Part shown: piece by piece, positions 27,438 through 35,979 of the stretch
Layout of the letters: the number at the start of each line of letters is the position of its first letter
Position numbering within the stretch: position 1 is the first letter of the stretch
Assembly: GCA_002299475.1 (NCBI GenBank)
Contig: DBNY01000008.1
Location: forward strand, 17,595 to 53,573
DNA: 35,979 nucleotides
DNA from: Bacillales bacterium UBA660
Lineage (GTDB): Bacteria; Bacillota_I; Bacilli_A; RF39; UBA660
Direction: 5' to 3'
Program-made: the position numbers and the translations under genes
Notes under the pieces: model-generated
What the model saw: the letters and a program-made list of their open reading frames with translations, nothing else
Told to the model about the DNA's origin: nothing
The model's database searches: none

Positions 27438-27466
27438 AAAGACCATTTTATATTAAAATAAAGAAT

Positions 27467-27494
27467 AAAAACTCTTAATTCAATAAGAGTTTTT
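27467..27494 (+). terminator. intrinsic terminator after pgsA
   Basis: AAAAACTCTTA-attcaa-TAAGAGTTTTT. Confidence 0.65.
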
Positions 27495-27528
27495 GCTATT
27501 ATTGAATATATTTACATTAAAAAAACAT

Positions 27529-27542
27529 CAAACAAATGTTCG
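27529..27542. promoter_or_regulatory. LexA (Cheo/SOS) box upstream of recA
   Basis: CAAACAAATGTTCG versus Firmicutes consensus CGAACNNNNGTTCG, just upstream of the -35. Confidence 0.8.
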
Positions 27543-27550
27543 ATAAAGCA

Positions 27551-27579
27551 TTGCTTTTTTAAAAAAGATAGTATACAAT
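27551..27579 (+). promoter_or_regulatory. sigma-A promoter of recA
   Basis: TTGCTT (27551-27556), 17-nt spacer, TACAAT (27574-27579). Confidence 0.7.
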
Positions 27580-27605
27580 TAATTTATAGAAAGATGGAGG
27601 TTATA

Positions 27606-28631
27606 ATGAATAAAGTAACAGATAAGGATAAAGATAAAATATTAGAGCAGGTATTAAATGATATAGAGAAACAGTTTGGCAAGGGTTCTATAATGAAATT
27701 AGGAGAAAATAGCAATATTGAAGTTGATGTGTGCCCGAGTGGCTCGTTATCGTTAGATATTGCACTTGGCGTAGGCGGCTTTCCAAAGGGGAGAATAATT
27801 GAAATTTTCGGTCCAGAAGCAAGTGGGAAGACTACGTTTGCTTTACATGCGATTGCCGAAGTTCAAAGACAAGGTGGAAGGGCGGCATTTATTGATGCTG
27901 AGCACGCACTTGATCCAGTTTATGCTAAAAAACTTGGTGTTAATATTAATGAATTATTATTATCGCAGCCAGATAATGGGGAACAGGCGTTAGAAATATG
28001 TGAGGCACTAGTTAGAAGCGAGGTTGTTAACATTATCGTTGTTGATTCAGTGGCGGCTTTAGTGCCGCAGGCTGAAATTGAAGGTGAAATGGGAGAAAAT
28101 CACGTGGGATTGCAGGCGCGATTAATGAGTCAGGCCTTAAGGAAATTATCAGGTAGCATTAGCAAAACTAAAACTATTGCCATTTTTATAAATCAATTAC
28201 GCGAAAAAATTGGTGTTATGTTTGGAAGTCCAGAAACCACAACTGGCGGTAGAGCATTAAAATTTTATTCTACAATTAGATTAGATATAAGAAAAGCCGA
28301 ACAGATAAAGATGGGAGAAAACATTATTGGAAATAGAACGAATATAAAGATAGTGAAGAACAAGGTTGCTCCTCCATTTAAAATTGTTAATCTTGATATT
28401 ATTTATGGAGAAGGGATTAGCAAAGAAAGCGAAATTATCGATTTAGCAACTGATGCATATATTTTGGAGAAAAGTGGTGCGTGGTATGCTTATAATGGTG
28501 AAAAAATAGGGCAGGGGAAAGAAAATGTTAAGGCATTACTAAAGGAAAACATAAAACTTAAGGAAGAACTAGAGCAAAAAGTCAGGGATTATTACGGTAT
28601 TATCATCAATAAAAAAAATAAGGAAAAATAA
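27606..28631 (+). CDS. recA: recombinase RecA
   Basis: [57 protein letters not shown]; start ATG 27606 after GGAGG. Confidence 0.99.
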   Translation: MNKVTDKDKDKILEQVLNDIEKQFGKGSIMKLGENSNIEVDVCPSGSLSLDIALGVGGFPKGRIIEIFGPEASGKTTFALHAIAEVQRQGGRAAFIDAEHALDPVYAKKLGVNINELLLSQPDNGEQALEICEALVRSEVVNIIVVDSVAALVPQAEIEGEMGENHVGLQARLMSQALRKLSGSISKTKTIAIFINQLREKIGVMFGSPETTTGGRALKFYSTIRLDIRKAEQIKMGENIIGNRTNIKIVKNKVAPPFKIVNLDIIYGEGISKESEIIDLATDAYILEKSGAWYAYNGEKIGQGKENVKALLKENIKLKEELEQKVRDYYGIIINKKNKEK

Positions 28632-28634
28632 AAA

Positions 28635-28660
28635 ATAAGGGCGAAATATCGTCCTTATAT
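28635..28660 (+). terminator. hairpin/terminator after recA
   Basis: ATAAGGGCGA-aata-TCGTCCTTAT. Confidence 0.6.
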
Positions 28661-28688
28661 TGACTTTATATTTAATGCCATTTACAAT
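28660..28688 (+). promoter_or_regulatory. sigma-A promoter of rny
   Basis: TTGACT (28660-28665), 17-nt spacer, TACAAT (28683-28688). Confidence 0.7.
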
Positions 28689-28742
28689 AGAATAGTAATG
28701 TTATGTGTATAATGTTACATAGAAAGTAATGTGGAGGTTAAA

Positions 28743-30296
28743 ATGGATAATTTTTTGTTCTCCATCTTTCTTGTTACTATTGGAATAATTGTTGGAATAG
28801 CATTAATTTTAATAATTAATTATATTAGAGGAATAGCTACAAATAAGAAAAATGAAAATATAATTGAAAAAGCAAGAAAAGAAGCGGAGCGAATTAAAAG
28901 AGATTCTCTTTTTGAGGTTAAAGAAGAAACACACAAATTAAAAATAGAATTTGAAAGAGAAGTAAAAGAAAAGAAAAATGAGGTAAAAGAATTAGAAAAC
29001 CGTTTATTGCAAAGAGAAAATAATATTGATAGAAGAGACCAAACACTTCAAAATAGGGAAACATTATTAGGTGAAAAAGAAAACGTTGTTATTGAAAAAC
29101 AAAGAGCAATTCAAGAAGAATATTTGAAGCTTGATGATAAGAAAAAAGAACAATTGGAATTATTGGAAAAAATATCAAAATTATCAAGAGAAGAAGCACA
29201 TAAGATGGTTATGAAACATGTAGAAGAAAACATGGCTAAAGAAATTGCTGAATATATTAAAGAAAGGGAAATAGAAGCGGAGTTAGAGGTTGATAAAAAA
29301 GCTAAAAACATGTTGGTTACAAGTATGCAAAAGTATGCTGCCGACGTTTCAAGTGAACAAACTGTAACGGTTGTAGCCTTACCTAGTGATGATATGAAGG
29401 GTAGAATTATTGGTAGAGAGGGTCGTAATATTAGAACGATTGAAGCTATTACGGGAGTTGATTTAATAATTGATGATACTCCTGAAGCGGTAGTATTATC
29501 GAGTTTTGATCCTTTAAGAAGAGAAATTGCTAGGCAAACTCTAGATGGTTTGATTAAAGATGGTAGAATTCATCCGGCTAGAATTGAAGAATTGTACGAT
29601 AAAGCATGTAAAGAAATAAAAGTAAAAATTAGAGAACATGGTGAAGAAGCCTTATTTGATCTTGGTATAACTAAAATGGAGCCCGAATTAGTAGATATTA
29701 TTGGAAGACTATATTATAGAACAAGTTATGGTCAAAATGCCCTACAACATTCTAAAGAGGTGGCACATTTAGCTGGTATATTAGCTGCTGAAATTGGTGA
29801 GAATATTGCTATTGCTAAAAGAGCTGGATTGCTTCATGATATTGGCAAAGCAATTGATCATGAATTAGAGGGTAGTCACGTTGAAATAGGCATCAATTTA
29901 GCTAAAAAATATAAAGAAGATAATATAATTGTAAATTCAATTGCATCACATCATGGTGATGAAAAAGCTAATAGTGTTATATCTGTGCTTGTAGCAATTG
30001 CAGATGCATTATCGGCATCAAGACCAGGAGCTAGAAATGATTCATTAGAGAATTATATTAAAAGATTAGAGCAATTAGAAGATGTAGCTAATCAAATAGA
30101 AGGTGTTGATAAGACATTTGCAATGCAAGCAGGTAGAGAATTAAGGGTAATTGTAAAACCCGAAAAAATAGATGATTTGGCTAGTTATAAAGTTGCTAGA
30201 GATATTAAAGAAAAAATTGAAAGTGAAATGCAATATCCTGGCACGATTAAAATTACTGTAATAAGGGAAACAAGGGTGTCAGAAGAAGCAAAATAA
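28743..30296 (+). CDS. rny: ribonuclease Y
   Basis: N-terminal TM, coiled coil, KH motif [16 protein letters not shown] motif [20 protein letters not shown]; start ATG 28743 after GGAGG. Confidence 0.98.
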   Translation: MDNFLFSIFLVTIGIIVGIALILIINYIRGIATNKKNENIIEKARKEAERIKRDSLFEVKEETHKLKIEFEREVKEKKNEVKELENRLLQRENNIDRRDQTLQNRETLLGEKENVVIEKQRAIQEEYLKLDDKKKEQLELLEKISKLSREEAHKMVMKHVEENMAKEIAEYIKEREIEAELEVDKKAKNMLVTSMQKYAADVSSEQTVTVVALPSDDMKGRIIGREGRNIRTIEAITGVDLIIDDTPEAVVLSSFDPLRREIARQTLDGLIKDGRIHPARIEELYDKACKEIKVKIREHGEEALFDLGITKMEPELVDIIGRLYYRTSYGQNALQHSKEVAHLAGILAAEIGENIAIAKRAGLLHDIGKAIDHELEGSHVEIGINLAKKYKEDNIIVNSIASHHGDEKANSVISVLVAIADALSASRPGARNDSLENYIKRLEQLEDVANQIEGVDKTFAMQAGRELRVIVKPEKIDDLASYKVARDIKEKIESEMQYPGTIKITVIRETRVSEEAK

Positions 30297-30348
30297 GTTC
30301 TATTATTTTATAAAAGAAATCTAAAAAAAATAAACAAGGTATGCTTGT

Positions 30349-32019
30349 TTATTTTTTTACGTCCATTATTACTGGCAAAATAATTGGTTTTCTTCCAGTT
30401 TTTTCATGTATGAATGGTGCTATATCTTGAATAAGGTCATTTTTTAAATCTTGGTAATTTAGTTTATTAGTTTTTAATCTTTTAATAATAATATCATTGG
30501 CTATATAACTAATTTCTCTTATTAATTCTTCATTTTCATTGATTAGAATAAATCCCCTAGTAGTAACTGTAGGTCTTATTAGTAATTCATTTTTACTAAT
30601 ATCAATATTAGCAATAATTACTAATATACCATCATTAGACATAGTTTTACGATCTTTTATAACAACACTTCCAATATTTCCGATTCGATTTCCATCTACA
30701 TAAATATCAGAAGCTGGTATTGTAGCAGTTTTTTTAATTTCGTTTTTACTCATTGATAGAACGTCACCATTATCTAGTACAAAAGTATTATTTTTTGGCA
30801 TGCCACATTCTATAGCAATATCTGCATGTTTTTTAAGCATTCTATATTCTCCATGATAAGGCATAAAATATTCTGGATTAACTAATCTTAACATTAATTT
30901 TAATTCTTCAATAGGTGCATGTCCTGATGTGTGAATCTCACTTAGTGTGGTATTAGTATATACTTCAACGCCCTTTAAATATAATTTGTTTACTGTTTTC
31001 GAAATGCTACTAGCATTTCCAGGAATTGGAGAAGAAGAAAATATTACTATATCACCGGGCATTAACTTTATTTGTTTATGTGAACCATCAGCAATTCTTG
31101 ATAATGCTGCTAGTGGCTCTCCTTGTGAGCCTGTACATAATATTGCTATTTCGTTATTTGGTAATGTATTAGCATATTCAGCTTCAACAATAATATCATC
31201 TTTTATATAACCACAATTTATTCCTATTTCTAGTTGTGTTTCCATACTTTTGCCAAATACTGCTATCTTTCGATTATTCTTTCTGCAAGTTTCAACTATG
31301 TGTTTAAGTCTGTAAACATTTGAAGCAAAAGTTGCAATTATAACTCTTCCGGCATGTCGTTTAATTATCTCGCCTAGTGCTTCATCCACTTTTGATTCAC
31401 TCATTGAAACGCCCTCTATCATGGCATTAGTGCTATCACTAAGTAATAGTTTAACCCCTTTTTTCCCTAAATAGGCAATTTTATGTAAATCAGTAAGCGG
31501 TCCAATAGGTGTCCAATCAAACTTAAAGTCTCCTGTCATAATTATTATACCATTTGGTGTATGAATCACTATTCCATGAGAATCAGGTATAGAATGAGTT
31601 GTTCTAAAAAACTCTATTTCAAGGAATCTAAATTTAATTTTAGTATTTTCTGTATAACAATTAATATTTTTAAAATTAATATTTCTTTCCTCTAGTTTTT
31701 TTGTTATCAAGCCAGCTGCTTGTTTTGAGGCGTATATTATAGGTATATTAACAATTTGTAGTAAAAAAGGTATAGCACCAATATGATCCTCGTGTCCGTG
31801 GGTAATGATTAGTGCCTTAATCTTTGACTGATTTGCTTTTAAAAAAGTAAAATCAGGTATTACATAATCTATTCCTAGCAATTCCTCCTCAGGAAAAGCA
31901 ATCCCCGCATCAATTATTATTATTTCGTTATCGTGCATTACGCAGTACATGTTTTTTCCAACTTCACCAAGACCGCCTAAAGCGAATATTTTGGTATCGT
32001 TACTTTCAAAGAACTTCAT
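30349..32019 (-). CDS. rnjA: ribonuclease J (J1-type, intact catalytic motif)
   Basis: ALGGLGEVGKN, ITHGHEDHIG, HSIPD, GDFKFD, TGSQGEP, HTSGH, PYHGEYR. Confidence 0.95.
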   Translation of the reverse strand: MKFFESNDTKIFALGGLGEVGKNMYCVMHDNEIIIIDAGIAFPEEELLGIDYVIPDFTFLKANQSKIKALIITHGHEDHIGAIPFLLQIVNIPIIYASKQAAGLITKKLEERNINFKNINCYTENTKIKFRFLEIEFFRTTHSIPDSHGIVIHTPNGIIIMTGDFKFDWTPIGPLTDLHKIAYLGKKGVKLLLSDSTNAMIEGVSMSESKVDEALGEIIKRHAGRVIIATFASNVYRLKHIVETCRKNNRKIAVFGKSMETQLEIGINCGYIKDDIIVEAEYANTLPNNEIAILCTGSQGEPLAALSRIADGSHKQIKLMPGDIVIFSSSPIPGNASSISKTVNKLYLKGVEVYTNTTLSEIHTSGHAPIEELKLMLRLVNPEYFMPYHGEYRMLKKHADIAIECGMPKNNTFVLDNGDVLSMSKNEIKKTATIPASDIYVDGNRIGNIGSVVIKDRKTMSNDGILVIIANIDISKNELLIRPTVTTRGFILINENEELIREISYIANDIIIKRLKTNKLNYQDLKNDLIQDIAPFIHEKTGRKPIILPVIMDVKK

Positions 32020-32206
32020 ATATATCTCCTTCCGTTTATACTAAAGTATCAACTTATAACATTATAATATTATTTTTGGCAAATGTCTAATATTTTAATC
32101 GAGAAATTTCTCTAGACTATTTTACACTATCATTTTACACGATCCATTGATTCTAAAAATTACTCATGTTAAAATTAAAGCATATACTACAGAGGAGGTT
32201 TTAAAG

Positions 32207-32482
32207 ATGGAAAAGCACGATAGGTGGGACGTTGTTTTTAAACGAACATTTATTCTTGTTGGGAAGTTAATTCTTATTGGTCTACTTGTGAACCCCCAGT
32301 ATAGGAGTTTGGAAGTTGTCATAGGAAGTCTTCCGGCTTTCTTTTTTATGAGTTTGATGACCGTATTGGTGATGACGATGGTTCTTAATTGGGGATATAA
32401 ATTTATAAAGGCAGATCAAAGAGAGAGATGGGAAATCGTATTAGCGTTCCTTATTACATATTTTTATTTATATATTTTATAG
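32207..32482 (+). CDS. hypothetical small membrane protein (about 3 TM)
   Basis: RBS AGAGGAGG before ATG 32207 (track start 32147); hydrophobic segments. Confidence 0.65.
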   Translation: MEKHDRWDVVFKRTFILVGKLILIGLLVNPQYRSLEVVIGSLPAFFFMSLMTVLVMTMVLNWGYKFIKADQRERWEIVLAFLITYFYLYIL

Positions 32483-32899
32483 TAGAATTATCAATATAAA
32501 AATGTAGGGAAAGTGGAATTTATTTTTAATAGGCTGTTATTTGCTGGAAATGTTAACAACAAGAGAATAATGTAGAAGTTTATCTAAAATAACGTTAGCT
32601 AATGTATAATCTCTAAATATTTCTTTATACTTACTAAAGGCTTGTTTGTTGTAATTATAGCACAGTGCCTTTCGTATATCTTTATAATTAATTGAAAAAA
32701 CATATTTATAGATTTGTCAACAATTGCTAAATACACAATTTCATCAATTATTAATATTTTAAGATATCAAATCGCTTTTGTATACTATTACAGGTATCAT
32801 ATCAATTATAGTATTACATTTTTAGGCTAAATCTGTTTTTTCGTAACTATGAATGTAATATTTTATCTGTTATAATATTTAATAAGGGTGATTAGCGAG

Positions 32900-33865
32900 A
32901 TGAATATAATTTCAAAAATTAAAAATTTATTTAAAAATGATGAAGAAACAAAAATATATAGTGATGTATTATCTAAGACAAAAAAAGATTTTCTTCCTAA
33001 GTTAGTTAATCTGTTTAATAAACATAGTGGTATAAGTGAAAATTTTTTTGTTGAATTGGAAGAAATTTTTATTGTAGCTGATATCGGCGTTACTACCACA
33101 CTTAATTTTATTGATAAATTAAGGAAAAGAGTTGTATCAGAAAAGATAACAAATATATTAGATATTAAAGATATAATTATTGATGAATTATTTATTTTAT
33201 ATGTATCTAATGAAGTATTAGTAAATAAAATTAATTTTGATAACAATTTAACTGTTATATTAGTTGTGGGAGTTAATGGAGTAGGGAAAACAACTACAAT
33301 TGGCAAATTGGCGTATAAATTAAAAAACGAGAATAAGAAAGTAATGCTTATCGCAGGTGATACATTTCGAGCTGGGGCAACTGAGCAAATAGAGGAGTGG
33401 GCTAAAAGAGCTGGTGTGGCATTTGTTGGCAAGGGAGGAAGTGACCCTGGCAGTGTAATTTATGGTGGTTTAAATAAAGCAATAGAAGAAGGCTATGATG
33501 TTGTTTTAATTGATACTGCAGGGCGCTTGCAAAATAAAACTAATTTAATGAATGAATTGGTTAAAATAAATAAAGTTATTAATAATATAATCCCCAATTC
33601 TCCTCATGAGACTTTATTAATAATAGATGCTACTACTGGGCAAAATGGCATTAATCAAGCGAAGGCGTTTAAAGAAATAACTAATATTACAGGAATAGTA
33701 TTAACCAAATTAGAGGGCACAGCCAAAGGCGGAATAATTTTAGCTATAAAAGATGAACTAAATATTCCAGTAAAATTTATTGGTGTTGGTGAAAAATTAG
33801 AAGATTTAAAAGTATTCGATATTGAAAAATATATATATAGTTTATTTGAAGAAGTGATATGGTGA
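32900..33865 (+). CDS. ftsY: signal recognition particle receptor FtsY
   Basis: GVNGVGKTTTIGKLA, AGDTFRAGA, DTAGRLQ, DATTGQNG, TKLEGTAKGG, IGVGEKLEDL. Confidence 0.97.
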   Translation: MNIISKIKNLFKNDEETKIYSDVLSKTKKDFLPKLVNLFNKHSGISENFFVELEEIFIVADIGVTTTLNFIDKLRKRVVSEKITNILDIKDIIIDELFILYVSNEVLVNKINFDNNLTVILVVGVNGVGKTTTIGKLAYKLKNENKKVMLIAGDTFRAGATEQIEEWAKRAGVAFVGKGGSDPGSVIYGGLNKAIEEGYDVVLIDTAGRLQNKTNLMNELVKINKVINNIIPNSPHETLLIIDATTGQNGINQAKAFKEITNITGIVLTKLEGTAKGGIILAIKDELNIPVKFIGVGEKLEDLKVFDIEKYIYSLFEEVIW

Positions 33866-33869
33866 TGAT

Positions 33870-34169
33870 ATGAATATAATTACGTATTTAATAATTTTAT
33901 TTGATTATTATAAAGAATTATTTAGTGAGAAACAAAAATTATATTTCATAGATTATTATTTTAACAATTTATCTTTGAGTGAAATGAGTGAAAATTTTAA
34001 GGTGAGCAGAAATGCTATTCACAAACAATTAAAGGTAGTTGAGAAAAAATTATATGAATATGAAAAAAAGTTAAAACTATATGAGAAAAGTCAACAGTTA
34101 AATTCAATAATTAATACTATTGAGGATAAAGAAATAAAGGATAGATTATTAAAAATAGATTTATTATGA
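33870..34169 (+). CDS. ylxM: YlxM-family SRP-associated HTH protein
   Basis: LFDYYKELFSEKQ...YYFNNLSLSEMSENFKVSRNAIH...YEKKLKL; between ftsY and ffh. Confidence 0.92.
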   Translation: MNIITYLIILFDYYKELFSEKQKLYFIDYYFNNLSLSEMSENFKVSRNAIHKQLKVVEKKLYEYEKKLKLYEKSQQLNSIINTIEDKEIKDRLLKIDLL

Positions 34170-34178
34170 GGTGATTAT

Positions 34179-35483
34179 GTGTTTGAAACACTAGGTGGCA
34201 AATTAGAGAATATTATAAAAAAAATAAGAGGGTATGGTCGTATAACTGAAGAAAATATTAGTGATATGATTAGAGAAGTTAGAATATCATTGCTTGAGGC
34301 TGATGTTAATTACCAAGTTATCCGAGAATTTAGTAATAAAGTAAAAGAAAAAGCTTTAGGTGAGGAAATAAATAAGAGTTTAAAACCGGGAGAAATGTTT
34401 GTTAAAATTTTAAGAGAAGAATTAATAGCATTGTTAGGCAATAGTAGTGAGGGTCTTAAATTAAACAATAAATTTTCTACTTTAATGCTTGTTGGACTTC
34501 AGGGAAGTGGAAAAACAACAACAATTGGTAAATTAGCTAATTATTTAAGAGCCAAGCATAAAAGGAAACCATTATTGGTTGCTTGTGACATTTATCGCCC
34601 AGCTGCGATTGAACAGTTAAAACAAATTGGAAAACAATTGAATATTGAAGTATATAGCAATGTTGGTAAAAAACCACTAGAAATAGTTAAAGAGGGCATT
34701 TTATATGCTAAAAATAATAGTTATGATTATGTTTTAATTGATACTGCTGGAAGATTACATATAGATGATGACATGATGAATGAAATTATTGTTATTAATA
34801 ATGAAATTAATTGTGATGAAACCCTATTAGTAATTGATAGTATGATGGGTCAGGATGCTATCAATGTTGTTCAAAATTTTACTCAAAAAGTATCTATAAC
34901 CGGAGTTATTTTGACTAAGTTAGATGGTGATACTAGGGGCGGAGTTGCTTTATCAGTAAGACATCTTACTAATATTCCAATAAAATTTATTGGTACTGGT
35001 GAAAAGTTGGATGGTTTATCAGAATTTCATCCTGAGAGAATAGCTAATAGAATTCTTGGCATGGGCGATATTCTATCAATTATTGAACAAGCAGAATCTA
35101 ATATTGATAAGGAAGATGCGGAGAAGATAGCAAAAAAATTGCAGAGGGGCAACCTTGATTTGAATGACTTTCTAATGCAATTAAAACAAATTAAAAAATT
35201 AGGACCCTTAGAAAATATTATAAAGATGCTCCCAGGAGCTGGCAAATTAGGTTTAAATAATATTAATATTGATCCAAAACAAATTAGCCGTATTGAAGCT
35301 ATTGTTTTGTCTATGACGCCTAAAGAAAGATCTAATCCTGATATTATTAAAGCAACAAGAAAAATAAGAATAGCTAAAGGTAGTGGGACAACAGTAGAGG
35401 AAGTAAATAAATTATTAAAACAATTTGAGCAAATGAAACTAATGATGAAAATGATGAAAAATGGGAATCTTAAATTTAAATAA
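34179..35483 (+). CDS. ffh: signal recognition particle protein Ffh
   Basis: LLEADVN, GLQGSGKTTT, DIYRPAA, DTAGR, TKLDGDTRGG, RILGMGD, M domain SMTPKER..RIAKGSG. Confidence 0.99.
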   Translation: MFETLGGKLENIIKKIRGYGRITEENISDMIREVRISLLEADVNYQVIREFSNKVKEKALGEEINKSLKPGEMFVKILREELIALLGNSSEGLKLNNKFSTLMLVGLQGSGKTTTIGKLANYLRAKHKRKPLLVACDIYRPAAIEQLKQIGKQLNIEVYSNVGKKPLEIVKEGILYAKNNSYDYVLIDTAGRLHIDDDMMNEIIVINNEINCDETLLVIDSMMGQDAINVVQNFTQKVSITGVILTKLDGDTRGGVALSVRHLTNIPIKFIGTGEKLDGLSEFHPERIANRILGMGDILSIIEQAESNIDKEDAEKIAKKLQRGNLDLNDFLMQLKQIKKLGPLENIIKMLPGAGKLGLNNINIDPKQISRIEAIVLSMTPKERSNPDIIKATRKIRIAKGSGTTVEEVNKLLKQFEQMKLMMKMMKNGNLKFK

Positions 35484-35583
35484 TAAAGAATTAATAGAAA
35501 GTGCTAATTTATGGTCAATAATATATTCAATATGTTAAATATAGAATAAACTAATGGTAGATAAGGGGGATAAAATTTAATAT

Positions 35584-35913
35584 ATGAATGATTATGAAGG
35601 AAATTTTAATCAATTTGATAGTATGCCAGAAGTTGATAATTTAAGTGAACAGCGTCAGTTTCCAATGGGGCCTGTACCACCAATAGGATATCCGCCAGTA
35701 AGACCTACATTATCGCAAGCACCAATTATAGAACCGCCAGTAGAAAAAGTTGTTAACAGATGTATGGTGCATGAAGTTCCGCATGTGTGCCCTATTAATA
35801 CGCGAATAATAAACAATCATATTTTTAGGCACACTTATCGACCGCTATATAGTTGTTGTGAACAAAATATAGTATCTCATGTCCAAGAGGGGTATTGCTC
35901 TAATTTTTATTAA
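35584..35913 (+). CDS. CotD-family (inner spore coat) protein
   Basis: APIIEPP...VHEVPHVCPINTRIINNHIFRHTYRP parallels the CotD pattern APIVHP...VPHIHP.HT..VNH.HF.H.H..P; His/Cys/Pro-rich. Confidence 0.7.
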   Translation: MNDYEGNFNQFDSMPEVDNLSEQRQFPMGPVPPIGYPPVRPTLSQAPIIEPPVEKVVNRCMVHEVPHVCPINTRIINNHIFRHTYRPLYSCCEQNIVSHVQEGYCSNFY

Positions 35914-35943
35914 AGAAGTTCCTATAACAATAGGAACTTTTTT
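35912..35943 (+). terminator. intrinsic terminator after cotD-like gene
   Basis: AAGTTCCTAT-aaca-ATAGGAACTT followed by a T run. Confidence 0.8.
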
Positions 35944-35979
35944 GATATAATTAAAATGAGGGTGCGTCAGTTCGGTGCA

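Noticed and set aside
32483-32887. About 400-bp non-coding gap before ftsY as smc remnant or ncRNA
   Set aside because: No ORF remnant or stable structure recognised
208-35245. Remaining antisense or overlapping short ORFs in the track (e.g. 7536-8015, 16500-16802, 25781-26029, 32863-33432)
   Set aside because: Shadows of well-supported genes or of rnpB; no RBS or motif support

Overview
Very AT-rich chromosomal segment (standard genetic code) from a genome-reduced, walled, apparently endospore-forming member of the Bacilli; the lineage is inferred, not established. Gene order reads like a condensed Bacillus subtilis core: T-box/tyrS, rpsD with its S4 leader, ezrA-nifS/iscS-thiI-SASP, ackA-nrnA-engB, mecB-like-der-spoVIF-like-spoIVA-hup, cca-dnaD-nth, recU-ponA, gpsB-rnpB, rodZ-pgsA-recA-rny, rnj, ftsY-ylxM-ffh and a cotD-like gene. 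Two orphan type IV pilin-like genes with a shared pilin scaffold but unrelated C-terminal payloads are inserted into this backbone. The best signal is the 660-aa pilin at 19466-21448. It has seven 69-bp Cys-containing repeats, then a Cys-rich core, then seven 30-bp WDYTR repeats, and the variant order of the two arrays is an exact mirror image. This suggests a nested out-and-back stalk that displays a tip domain and is expanded by coupled duplication at two separate sites. Other points of interest are an XRE regulator with tandem operators divergent from the second pilin, an orphan holin behind a sporulation-type -10 box, a D-to-E change in the FtsY G4 motif, a degenerate MPN-like protein and an unlisted 35-aa ORF. 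All identifications come from motif recognition by eye; no database searches were run. Several start codons were moved from the ORF track to better RBS-supported positions.
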